A DNA stretch of 64,000 bases from Salpingoeca rosetta (lineage: Eukaryota; Protista; Choanoflagellata): NCBI GenBank assembly GCA_033442325.1, contig JAWQFM010000002.1, forward strand, positions 2,569,144-2,633,143. The letters are read 5' to 3'. The notes below the pieces were generated by a model. It was given only the letters and a program-made list of their open reading frames with translations. It made no database searches and was not told where the DNA came from. Positions 1-17,762 of the stretch are shown here, piece by piece. The translations under genes were made by a program, and so were the position numbers. Position 1 is the stretch's first letter, and every line of letters begins with the position of its first letter.

Positions 1-325
1 GCAGTTTATGCCTCAACAACAACAGCAGCATATACCGATAGCCCCAGCTGGTGGCCAGCACCCAGGAATGGTAGCAGGTGCTGGCGAGGGTACGATGCCA
101 CCTGTGATGCCGTATCCTGCTCCTCAACCGCCCGTGCCAAACGGCGGTGTGCACCACGGCGCACCAATGGCACAACACATGTACATGGGCCCATACATGG
201 GCCAACTGCAGCAATTTACGCACGGTGCGATGCATGTGTTTGTGTATATCGTGCACTGCATTTGTATTTCTCATGCTTTCCACCCGGGTGTATGCCAATG
301 CCTCATCATCTCACACTGGGGTGCG

Positions 326-384
<59 letters not shown>

Positions 385-448
385 TGGTTGAGCAGGGCCT
401 CATTTCACAGGCGGACGAAAGCGTAACTCTCGCAACAAGTTCAAATGA
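1..448 (+). CDS. 3' end of a Pro/Gln/Gly-rich low-complexity protein (5' part outside window)
   Basis: Exon 1-224 (QFMPQQQQQHIPIAPAGG...QQFTH), GT donor at 225, (GT)n intron, AG acceptor at 395, last exon 396-448 (GPHFTGGRKRNSRNKFK*). No recognisable domain. Confidence 0.6.
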
Positions 449-552
449 CGCCACTTGCTTGTTGCTTAGTGCAGGCTTGTTGAGGCTGTGTGGATATGTA
501 TGAGCATGTTCGTGTGTGAATATGTATGAGAGAGAGAGTATGTGTGTTTAGT

Positions 553-625
553 TGTTTGTTTGTTTGTTTGTTTGTTTGTTTGTTTGTTTGTTTGTTTGTT
601 TGTTTGTTTGTTTGTTTGTTTGTTT
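553..625. repeat. (TTTG)n microsatellite between convergent genes
   Basis: Visible perfect tetranucleotide run; similar runs at about 45115-45170 and 53957-54047. Confidence 0.95.
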
Positions 626-1035
626 GGTTGGTTGGTTGTTTGTTGTGTGTTTGTTTGGTTGGTTGTTTGCTTGTGCTTGGGCGAGAGATGCGATGACTGC
701 CCCCATTATATGTGTGCGCACAGTGCCCTGTGCTTGAAGCGTTTGTGATCGTGTTGTGAGTATGATTGCTTGTGTGGAGTCGTGTATTTGACGTGCTGGG
801 TTTAATTGCCGATGAACAAAGAAGAGATTGTGGTGTTGGACAAACCAGCCGGCCAGCCAGCTCTGAATGACAGTAAACATTTGACCGATGCGCTCACCAG
901 TAATTTAACAATCCACAGTGCGTGTGAATGAGCGTGTGTATGCTTGAAAGCGTGTGTGTATGAGCGTGTTTGTGTGCATGCGTACATGTGCATGCGTGTG
1001 TGTATGCGCATGTATATGTGTATGAGCGTGTGTTC

Positions 1036-3584
1036 TTAGGCGGTTGGAGGGCGTTCATCCAGCCAGCGTTGAAACTCTTGTTGGAAAGCAACCTGGGGAT
1101 GAAGAACACGCATGCGGTCATGGTAAGTTGAGGCGCAATGCGGCCGTTGGCACTGTTGGGAAGGAGGGCAAAGGGATTACTACATCACAACAACCCACCT
1201 TTTGCTTCTCAAACAGGTGTTTCAGGTGTTCTGTTTCCTGTTTCAGCGATCGCAGCTTCGACAGCTTCGATTTGTACCTGTGTATGTGTTAGTATAAGTA
1301 TTTGAGCGTCAGTGTGTGTGTGTGTGTGCGTGTGAGTGTGAGCGTGAGTGTAAATTGGAGCGTGTGCGTGTGCGTGTGAGTGCATAGGTGATCAGGGGAG
1401 AGACCAAGCAGAAAGCGCGAAAAGTTACAAAAGCGTACGCTGTCTGGCAAACTTGAAGCTCTGACTGCATCGCATCCAGTTCTGGGTCCACAATGTCCTC
1501 TTCTTCCAGCCCACTTCGGATCTGTCGATGCATGGCAAGTGTGGTGGTGGAGATGGTAGGGGAATTAAGATCGCGGGTGCACGTGGAGAACAAGAGCACG
1601 CACAGGCACGGGGGGGGGGGTGGGATAATGTGCGTGCGCGAGTGAGTGAAGATGCGTGTAAGGGATGTGCATGTGCATGTAGGTCGTGCATCATCATGAC
1701 ACGCGGCAAGCACTCACGTGTTCTGTGAGATGCTCTTGCTGGTGTCGCGTCATGTGCCGCTTAATCTCCGCAATAATATCCCTGGAGGATAACGAGGGGA
1801 AGTATGGATGAGAAGACAAGGCGGGGGGGAGAAGAGGAAGGGAGGGGGGAGGGGTACGCGATTGCGACACCAATGACACATCCAAGGTGCCCAGAGCCAC
1901 GCGGAACCAGTGCAAAGCATGTTGAACGCGCGTGGAGGGGGAGTTGATGCAGAAACGTACTTGGCTTCCTGCACCTCTTGTCCAAGACGTTGAGCTTGCG
2001 CGTACAGGTCTTTCAGCGTCGTCTTTGTTCGATCGAGGATGGGGTATGCCTGTGAAGTGTGTGCGTGTGTGTAGGGGGGGGGAGAGCATGGCTTGTGGTT
2101 GTAGGTTGAAAGGAGTCGAAATGGCTGTGTTTGTTCATCATCATGAGGCAAAGCACGCACACACACACACACACACAACCCACAACACACACACACACAC
2201 ACAACATACACACACACGTGCTCATACCTGGCTCTCTGTCTTGAACTGCTCGAGGAGAGCTTTCTTCTCTTCTGGCGACAAGTCACGCGTTGTCGTTGTC
2301 ATGGCTGGCGGTCCTGTTGCTGCTGGTGTCCGGATGGTGCTGGAACGAGAGGACGACGTGTCCGATGTGCCGCCTTCGCCGCGCGCTCGTCGAAGTTTCG
2401 CCACCAAAATGCGAATTTCGTTATCGCGCTGCTCCAGAAGCGATTCCAACCGCGTAATCTAAGGGGTTGTGTAGGTGTCAGTGTGGGCGAATTGGTTGTG
2501 TATGTGTTAGTGTGGGCGAATTGGTTGTGGTTGTGAGGGAGGGAGCAAGTGTGTGTATGTGAGTGAGCAAGAGAGTGTGTGTATGTGAGTGAGCAAGTGT
2601 GGGAGTGTGTGAAATGTGTGTGTGTGTGTGTGTGGCATGGAGAAGAAGGGAGGGAGAACAACACAGGTGTGTCGAAAGGTAAGTAGTGACAGCATTGGTG
2701 GCAAACGTACGTTTTCATTGGTGGCCTCGTCGTGGTAGTATTTGGTTCGGCTCACATCCAAATCACCATCACCATCACCACCACCAGTTCCTTCCTCGTC
2801 CTCTGTGTGCCCTTGTGCTGGGCCGGCATTCTCCCTTGCCAAAAGCAGTGACGCCTAACGTGGTGGCAGAGTGAGTGAGTGGGTGAGTGGGTGTTTGTGG
2901 GTTAGTGTGAGTGAGTGAGGGGGAGGGATTGTGTGTGTGTGTGTGTGTTCGCATGTGTGTGTGTGTGGATGTATGTGTGTGTGGGTGTGTGTGGGTGTGT
3001 GTGGGTGTTTGTGGGTGTGTGTGTGCGTGTGTGGATGTATGTGTGAGTGTGTGGATGTATGTGGGTGTGTGTGCATGTATGTGTGTGTGCATGTGTGTGT
3101 CAATGGGATTGTGGAGTAGCGCGCGTAATGTTCAAACCACCACGTGTCATAGACTGGCCCAGCGAGGTGGCTGAAAGCGCGTTCGTTGCACCTTGAAGTA
3201 TGAAAAGCAGTATTGGATCTTGCGCATATCTCCAAGCACAAGGTCTGCATCTTGTGCCGTGCTGCTCACGTACGTGTCAACCATTTGTCGCAACCTGTCA
3301 CGTGGCGTGCACACACGTACATGTGTTTACATGCACGTGAGAAACTTGGGCAGCGTATGGTGCCTGCAAGCACGAAGGACAGGTGCACACCACTTACGCC
3401 TCTTTCTCCTCGTCGGTCAATGGCTCGGACATGTCCACCTGTGTGTGTGTGTGTGTGTGTGTGACAGTGAGAACAAGTAGCAAATACTCGTCGATGACCA
3501 ATGACGTGCGCTGTGTGCAAGTGCACATGCGTTGCTGTGGTAGTTCTCATGTGAAAACACGTGTGTGTGTGTGTGTGTGTGTGG

Positions 3585-3620
<36 letters not shown>

Positions 3621-5344
3621 AACTCACGTCACCAGAGAGCAGCGCGAGCTCTGCCTTGAGTCGCGTCACTTCCTGCTTCAGCCGAATAATTTCAAGCTTC
3701 GGATCTACGCGTGTGTGCGTGCGTGCGTGCGTGTGTGTGTATGTGTGTGTGCGTGTGTGAGTGTGTACGTGCGTATCCAAATGTACGTCAGTGTGTGCAT
3801 GGCGACACGTGCAATCCTAGAAAGCAAGTTGGTACTTGTGTCTGTATTAGCAGTCGTTCCTGCAGAACCCACCGAGCTCTTCATTGAGGCGGGCGTCGTT
3901 CTTCACAAGCGCAACACGCTGCGAAAACCGGCCAGTCGATATCGACTCCTGCATGTGCGTGTGTGTGTGTGTGCGTGTGTGCGTGGGTGTTGGAATACAA
4001 GATGTGCGACGAAGAAAGCCGTTGTGCGTTTCGATTGCACAGTCGCGACAATCAATGGTGGCACCACTCACCGCCATGTTCCGCTCCTCCGAGGACATGG
4101 TGGCAATCATGGTCGTCTTGCAGTTGCCGCCAAGACTGTCGCGAAGAACAGACGTCAGCAGCGAGTTTCGGTACGGAACGTGCCGACGCGTCTTCTCTGA
4201 TAGCGCAACGATCACCTACAGTGGCGTGTGAATGGGAGAGACGGACGTGACATGGTGATGATTGAGTGTGCGTGTGTGAGTGTGTGAGTGAGTGAGAGAG
4301 TGTGTGTGAGTGCGTATGTGTGTGTGTGTGTGTGTGTGTGAGGTGTGTGTGTGTGTGTGTGTGTGAGGTGTATGTGTGTGAACAGTGTGCATGGGCTGAC
4401 ATCAAACACAAGTGATGGCCTGTGCTGACACGTGTGCGTGTGTGCGTGCAGGATGAATGTGCTGAAGGACGGGGCAACACGCACCTGCTCCAAGTAGTGA
4501 AGCGAGAGGTTGATGTATTTCGCTTCCGTCAGCAGCACACCTTCCACATTCGTTTTCTTGATGCGTTCTGTGGGAAGCAGGGAGGCGGTGATTTGGGGGG
4601 GGGGGAGGGGGAGGGGTGGCAGCAGTGCAGTGAGAGGGAGAGAGAGAGAGAGAGTGTGTGTGTGTGTGTGTGTGTGATCGTGAAGAAAAGACGGATGGTA
4701 GGGGAAGACAAGGCGGCGTAGCATGTGCAGACGCGGTTGACAGCGGGATGTAAAGCAAGAGGCACAAGTACAGATATGCGCAGACACACACCCACAGATG
4801 CGCAATCACTACACATGCACACGAATACGCACACACACGCACGCACACACAGGCAGACAGACACACTGGCGCAATCAATGCACACACATACATACAAGCA
4901 CACATGCGCAATCAATACACATACATACACGCACATGCACACACCTGATCCAGCAAGGTCGACCAGGTGCAGCTTGCCCTTTCGCCAGACAGAGGAGCCC
5001 GTCTCACGCGAGGTCACGTAGATGGTGAAGATGCAGTGGGAGCGTGTGGATGCCATGTTCATGGGCGTCTCGGCAATCATGCGGTTGGTGTCGCCGACGA
5101 AGAGCGCATTTAGCGCCTGCTCTGTTGTCTCCACGGGGATTTGAGACAGGTTGTTCAGGTGCACGTCGCCGTCGGGGCCTTCCATCAGGTTGATCTGCAC
5201 ACAGTGGACAAGTCATCAACATGCAAAGTGTCCCTGAAACGATGGTTTGCGACACGCAAACAGACCGACCGGCAGGCAGGCACACAGCCAGACACAGGCA
5301 GGCAGGCACACACACACAAAACACAAAAACACACAGCCAGACAG

Positions 5345-5386
<42 letters not shown>

Positions 5387-6178
5387 ACACAAACACAAAC
5401 ACACAGACACAAACACACAGACAGACAGACACTCACGCAAACACACACACACACATACACATACACATGCACACCTTTGGCAGGTCCTCCATGCCTTTGA
5501 GTTTGCCTTGCTGCGGTGTTCCCAACAAGTCGTAACCGTTCTCATTGTAGATTTCAAGGTAGGAGACGCGCGTGGAGAACTCGCGATCAGGGTGGTCCGC
5601 GTAGAACTGGAACAGAAACTCCAGGATGCGAGGAATCAGGCCGCGCTGGTCGTAGTTCTCGGCGCCGCCCGTGATGGTGAACGTTTTGCCCGACCCCGTC
5701 TGACCATAAGCAAACACAGTCCCATTGTACCCTTCAATGACGCTGCAGCCCAGCACCAGAACCGAAACAAATGAAACACGAGGCAACACACAAAGCGTGG
5801 CAGATCGTGAGCACTTTGGACAAACAACAAGAGCATTACATCTTGGCGAGCAACAGCTGTCACGTCACCATTCACATGCAAGCGGAGATGCCGGCAGTCA
5901 GCTAGGGAATGCACACGGTACCCTCTTCCCCCTTGCGTGTGCGGTTACCTTTCAGCGACTGGCTTGGCAACGTGGTTGAAGATGGTGTCTTGGCTGGTCT
6001 CGCGCTGGAACACCTTCTGGAACTTGAACTTGTAGTCCTCCCGCGTGTGGTTCACAATGTCCTTTGTGTTCCGAGGCGTGTGAATCTTCAAGATGTCGCA
6101 GTCATCTTGCGGGTCCAGCTCCACGCCGTCGTACGGCTTGTCCGTCGGCTTCAGCCGACAATACACCACGATGCTCAT
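1036..6178 (-). CDS. KIF6: Kinesin-9 family motor, KIF6 orthologue (multi-exon)
   Basis: Spliced exons give [11 protein letters not shown]..., P-loop [23 protein letters not shown], switch [18 protein letters not shown], switch [11 protein letters not shown]|[40 protein letters not shown], and a KIF6-type tail ([26 protein letters not shown]|[13 protein letters not shown]). Stop TAA at 1036-1038. Confidence 0.93.
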
Positions 6179-6638
6179 GCTCGGGATTGAGGACGTAGGA
6201 GGAGAAGAGAGGGAGGAAGAAACGGTCGTCCGTCAGTCAGCAGCGTCCGTCAACAACAGCTGGTTGCGACAGGATGAAATGTTAGTCAGACCAAAAATGG
6301 TGTGTCCTCCTGTTGATGGACGCGACAACACTGATGGTGTGACTGATGTGTGTCATAGCATCATGTGTCTGATGTGTCACTTTCACATGACGACGGCTGA
6401 GTCACAACACAAGGTCAGGCATACATTCACGCAAACACACAGCCACGGGCAGAGTGTCTGTCTGTTGTGTGTGTGTGCGGTGGGCATTTTCTATCCCACC
6501 TTCCTTCCCACGAGAACACGAGCAGCCAAGCGACATCTGTTTTCTTTTGCTGAGTCCACTGCACCGCTGCGTCTCCTTCTCACCTCTCGTCTGGTTCTTC
6601 TGTTGCGCTGTTGACTGTGGGCCAACACAACCAGCACA

Positions 6639-9600
6639 ATGACCAGGCCGAACAGCTGCTGGACTGCAGGGCATGCGTTGGGGTTGATGCTTTGCATCGT
6701 GTGCTCTTGCAAGCTGGTGGATGGTGGGGCTGCAAAAGTGTACGGATTTACCTCGTTTGCGCAGGAGTTCAATGTTGCCTGCCCGAATGGACAGGGATTT
6801 CGTGGACTTCGCTCCATTCACGAGAATGAATATGTAAGATGAAGCTTGAGATGCATGCTTGAGGTTTGCTGTGGCTCGCTCGAAAGCACATGCAATTGCA
6901 CCTTGTGTATGTGAGTGTGTCTTCAAGCTGTTTCACTCCACAGAAACAACTGGAACGACTTGGCTTTTAATCCTTGTCTTCAACCCCGTCTCTCGTGCTG
7001 TTTTGTTCTGCCTTCTTGCTTCCGTCTGTGATGCTCGTCAACCACGGGTTGTGATCTCAGGGTGAGACTAAGCGAACACTCGGTGTTTGAGGTGAAGTAT
7101 AAGTGTTTCTGCGCACACGCAAAGCTTGCCTGTTGACCGTTGCTGACTTCTTGGTGAGCTGCACTCACGTCTCACCTTGTTTGCCTTGTTTGCTCTTGTC
7201 AGAGGACCGCAAGTGGAGGTTTTTGTGTGAAGATGTTGGATATGGACCAAATGACAACGTCGCTAAGTTTGGCACACTGGAAGACCGGAAGGAGAACTAC
7301 GATCATCCACAAACCGTAGTTTGTCCTCGGCACCACTGTTCGTTCAAGAAGTCAAGAGTGCTGTTTGTGTCTACCACGCTGGCTTCGATCACCGCTTCTG
7401 CGTGTGCACAAGCTCACACCTGCGCTGGTCCGTTTCACCTGTGGCTTGTGGCTGATTGACACTAGACTTGGCAGGGGCTCTCTCAAAGTTTCACGGGCAT
7501 TACAGCGATCGGCTTTGGATCTGGACATGTCGTCAGGCTACAGATGCAGTGCTCTCTAATTGTCAGAGAGGTGACTACGTTAACAATTGGGACGAACAGT
7601 TCAAGTTCATAGCTTCGGATAATCGCGTGATCACGGGTGAGACTTCGTGTTGTCGTGAGTACTGTAGGCAGTACATTCTGGTACGTACTTCAGAATACGT
7701 GCGCATACTTGGAGTACCAATGTAAACCCGCGCTTTGCTGAGTCTGTTCCTGCTCGTGTTGACAGGCGTGAACTCCTATCATGACAACAACAAGGAAGAC
7801 CGTCGATTTCGCTTCACCACCTGCCGAGTAAGTCAAGTGCAACCCCTTAAAGTGGTCGCGGTGATCTCCATCTTTTTCGTTGCTGAAGTTTAATTGCATT
7901 GCACGGGAATGCACACATTGCCGACAACAAGGTGGACTGTTCGCCGTTCTACGAGCAGCATGACACGGGATGTGTGCCGACAGGTGCGTACAATATCGAG
8001 TGTACACGGTTCCTCTGCACGAAGTTTGGAACAGATCGTGTGTCGCTTCCTGTGGCATGGCTTCACAAGCATGTTTTGTGGTGTGATGTTCACTGTACAG
8101 AACTTAAGCCGTCGCCTTCGCCCTCCTACGATGAGCACTTCCAGCAAACTTTCTTCGTCACATGCCACAACAACCAGGGCCTGGTCAGAGTTCGTTCTGA
8201 CTATGACGAGGGCCAAGGTGAGGATTGCGCGACTGTCATCTTGCGGTCGTGCGCTTGCCTGTTGGTTTCATTTCCGCCCGCCTTGCACTGTTCAAGCCAA
8301 CATTGTCTGCATTTTACTGTTTCATGTTGTGTGGTTGTCAGGGGATCGCAAATGGCGGTTTCAATGCGCGCCAGTCGGAAGTACTCAGGTGGCAGACTTG
8401 ACCGAAATGAGTACCGCTGGCGTCGAGGACCTGCATGGCGCCGTCAACATGATATGCCCCACAAACTACTGTAAGCTTGTCTTGTGTCAATTCTGGCGTG
8501 TTTGTTGTGGTCAATGTGTAGGTTGCTTCCATAGACGCACCATCATAGATCATGTGCTCACCTTGCAGACGTGCGTCCGTGACTTACGATGCAGATTTGC
8601 GTGCAATCCAGTCTGGTTTTGTCCAAGCAATGAAAGATCGGTTGTTCAAATTCCAATGTCAGCGCATCACGGGTGCAATTCTGACAAACTGCCAGCGACG
8701 CGAGTTTGTGAACCCTGTTCACGGCGCCCTTGACGTTGACGTGGAACGTCATCAAGTGATTGCTGGTACGTAGCAAGCGTCCTTGCTCGATGAGCGTGAT
8801 TGGCAGGCAAGTGAATTTGACTCCAAGCTCACGCAAAGCCGCCTGATCGTGCTGATGGCGAATGCAGGGCTTGCTTCGATGTACTCTGCAGTTGACGAGG
8901 ACAGGCGGTGGCACGTGACAACGTGTGATGTGAGTATATTTTGTTTCCATGTGGCTGGTCTGGTACGCCTGTCTCGCCAACACGGCTATATGGTGCCTTC
9001 ATCATGTTCCTTCTTCACGGTATTCCTTGATTCCCTTCCGTGGTTATAGGTATCGTGTGCCAACGGCTTTACATCAGACGGTGCTCGAGGCTGCATTGGT
9101 GAGAGCCAGCGTTCGCATTGTACAGAGAGAAGGGGTGATGCGGGAGAAGCGAACTGCCAAGAAACTCGAGAAACTGGACTGCCTTTGGGTTTTCAACTGC
9201 ACGAACCCTCAGTACCAATATGCTCTTCGACGCCGCATTGTTAGAAGCGCCATGCGGAAAACTGGTTCTCCAAGATGGGATTCTTTCAGGCAACTGTCAA
9301 GGACGTGTCGGTAAGTGATCAAGTGAATATGGAGAGTGCTAGCGGCCAATCCTTCAGCCATAGTCTCGCAGGATACTAACACCCCCCAAGACTGCAAGTC
9401 TCCCTTCATCAGCGTTCATTTCTGATTCCATGGCATACGTTCTAAATCGACGATCAGGTGATGAGTGCCAGTACAGCGGCTGCAACCTTGGATATCGGCT
9501 GTTGAGTCCACCTGTGACGCGCGTTTGCCAGGCGGATGGCTCATGGACGAACACGGCACCAGTCTGCAAACGTGTGTTGGCTTGCTCGACATGAGCGAGA

Positions 9601-11017
9601 ACGGCGTGTGACTTGATATCGTTCAGTCGGGGACAAGCACTGGTGCCAACGTTGCGCGCCACGACTCTAATGGCTTTCCTACGAACCATGTCATCTTTTT
9701 GCTCCCTGCAGGCATTGAAAGTTGTGGACCCCAGGTGCTGCCCAATGGTCATGTGATCGGTGCCTGTGACGGTGGCATTGGTACGTGTGTTGCTGTTGAT
9801 TACGAAATGTTGCCACTGTCAGAGCACTTGCTGCATGGGAGCGCTTTTCGGATCCCGCACATTGCTGCGCTCATGTGCCTGCATCTCAATCTCACCCAAT
9901 GATTTAGGTGACGCGTGCACATTTTCTGGATGTGAGGATGGCTTCAAGCTGTCGGAGACAGGCGTGACGCGCGTGTGTCAAGCCGATGGCACCTGGAGCA
10001 ACTCTCCGCCACACTGCGAGCGTGAGTACCCAAGACGCTGCACCTGTGTATGCATGCCTTCATGAATGCCACATCACATCAATTCTTTGCCTGTTGGTCA
10101 GGCAGGGAGACTTGAGTTGGTCGTTGTTAGAACACTTCCCTGGTTCTCTTACAGCCCTGCCGTTGTATATGCGCGATAACAGGTGTACCATGTAAACCAC
10201 TGACTCTACAACACGGCCAACTTGTTGGAGACTGTGGCGGTGATTTCGGTTCGTGTTTGCGATAGACATTTGGCTGTTTGTTCGTAGGAAGTGAAGGAGG
10301 GCGTGAGTGAGTGAGTGAGAGTGTGTGTTTGTGTGTGCGTGTGCGTGTTCAGTACTGGCTATGTACATGTATGCTGGTGCATGTACGTTTATATGTTCAC
10401 GCGTGAACGCTCAAGTTTTGGATGTAATTGCCTGCGTGTGTAACCTCACTGGCCGTACAGGAGACACGTGTGTTTATCGCGAATGCAATGATGGGTACAG
10501 CATGTTGGTGCCTGTCGGACCTGATGATCCGGTGAAAAGTGAGTAACTACCAGCTGTCCGCTCATGAATGGATGGGGTTGAGTGCTTTCTGCTCTGCGTG
10601 TACGTACCAATTGCCTGTTTATCCACATTCATCGATCGCGGTTTCGTCGCAGGCGAGGGGACTGAGTTCAAACACGCCACGTCCCCCGTGTCACGCACGT
10701 GTATGGGGAATGGCACGTGGAGCAACGGGACCCCGATTTGTCACCGCACTCCGACCACCTGGTTTCATCACATTCCGAGCATCTTTTGGGACACAATGCA
10801 AATCCTGTGGAAGGATATCACTTTGGTTGTCGAAGGAACCTGCCACGCTATGGACAAACTTCAATGCTGGCTCCAGAACGTTGACACCCGTATTGTCTGG
10901 GCTGTCGGCAGCACGTGTGTCCTGATGTTGCTTGGTCTGTACTGGTTCGATGCCCCTCTCCCAGCAGCAAACGAAGCTGCTCAGAACAGTGGCACAGCCC
11001 GAGCACTCACAACTTGA
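6639..11017 (+). CDS. Predicted type I membrane protein: signal peptide, 2 dermatopontin/HAAF-like domains, 3 sushi/CCP domains, TM helix, short tail
   Basis: Hydrophobic N-terminus (HALGLMLCIVCSCKLVDG). Six S-x7-DR-x-[WF]-x-[FWV]-like repeats ending in Cys (SIHENEY-E-DRKWRFLC; SKFHGHYSDRLWIWTC; SYHDNNKEDRRFRFTTC; SDYDEGQGDRKWRFQC; SGFVQAMKDRLFKFQC; SMYSAVDEDRRWHVTTC), plus VNNWDEQFKF. Three CCP modules (GCNLGYRL...TRVCQADGSWTNTAPVC; GCEDGFKL...TRVCQADGTWSNSPPHC; ECNDGY...SRTCMGNGTWSNGTPIC). TM IVWAVGSTCVLMLLGLYWF. Stop at 11015-11017. Confidence 0.85.
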
Positions 11018-11381
11018 CGTTTGGCGTGTCCCCACCCACAAGCGTTCCGCAACACGAAGACACGTCTTCGCAATCACGTTCTTTCTGTTCATTGTTCACG
11101 ACAAACACTGCATGCTCTCCCACACCACCACTCTCTCAAGTGCATAACATGGTGAACGCAGACATGAAAGATGTCATGTCACTGTTCATGCACGTGATCA
11201 TGCTGTCTTTAATCGTTCTTCTCCCCCCCCCACCGTAAACCGCACAAATTCCCCGCCCCCACCCAAAACCAAGTAAGCAACAATGAATGAACGCGCGCAC
11301 ACAAGCGAACCAACAGCCTGCATGTGCGTGTATGTGCGTGTGTGCGTATGTCCTCAAACTTCCGCGACGCGAGTTGCTCTC

Positions 11382-16938
<5,557 letters not shown>

Positions 16939-17073
16939 GGCTCCAATTCCTGCTGAGTCAGCGAAAACCACAAGAGCAGAATAAAAAAAATATACACCAC
17001 CACACAAACCAACCACCAGATACAGACAGCCACACCAAACCAAACCAACCTACAGCCACTAGCAGCACACGAG

Positions 17074-17762
17074 ATGGCAGGCGGAGGCGAGCAGCCCAAC
17101 ATGTTCCGTGCGCTGAGCAACGAGATCAACGTTGCCGGCATCATGCGGTGGACGTGGAAGACCTATCACAGACAACCCGTGCTGGTTGCAGCAACGGCAA
17201 TGGCCGTCCTCGGTCAGTCCACGTGTCATGTTGTGTGATATGAATGTGAATGTGCAAGTGTGTGTGTGTGCGTGTGTGTGTGTGTGTGTGTGCGTGTGCA
17301 TGCGTGTGTGTGTGTGTGTCATTGTGCGTGTGGGTGTCATTGTGGGTGCATCTGGAGTTTGCTCGAGTCTCCAGGACATTGTCATGTGACATCTGGCGTG
17401 TATAACGACTGGAGCGCACCACATGCACTGTTGTCACTGACCTCACGCTGCTTACTCCCACCCACTTTGTGCTGATCATGTGCAGGTTGTGGCGCAATGT
17501 ATGTGGCGAGCGACAGGGATAACAAGGAGAGGCAAAAGTACAAAGAAGGTACGCATATGTGCGTATGTGTGTGTGTGTGCGTGCGTACGCGTGCATGCGT
17601 AAACCTGTATGCATGCGCAACGGTTCACCCTTTGCATCCACAGCTGTCCCTTGCCTTTCCTCCACTGTCCTTCCCCCTCCCTAGCCAGTTGAATGCTCAC
17701 GACAAACGCACCCACGTCTCTCCCCGTTCCTGTACACTGCAGGCTTCGTCTCCTACGACTAA
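17074..17762 (+). CDS. 73-aa single-TM microprotein, NDUFA3/NI9M (complex I B9)-like
   Basis: Exons 17074-17212, 17486-17548 and 17743-17762 (222 nt, GT-AG introns, phases agree): MAGGGEQPNMFRALSNEINVAGIMRWTWKTYHRQPVLVAATAMAVLGCGAMYVASDRDNKERQKYKEGFVSYD*. The W..[KR][EQ]PVLV followed by a TM resembles NDUFA3. Confidence 0.7.

Noticed and set aside
6944-7061. A conventional 118-nt exon as alternative to the 1-nt exon
   Set aside because: It has an in-frame TAA after 8 codons and would break the repeat spacing.
9205-9245. Apparent premature TAG (pseudogene) in the sushi region
   Set aside because: That TAG is the 3' splice acceptor; the exon continues as (E)APCGKLVLQDG in frame.
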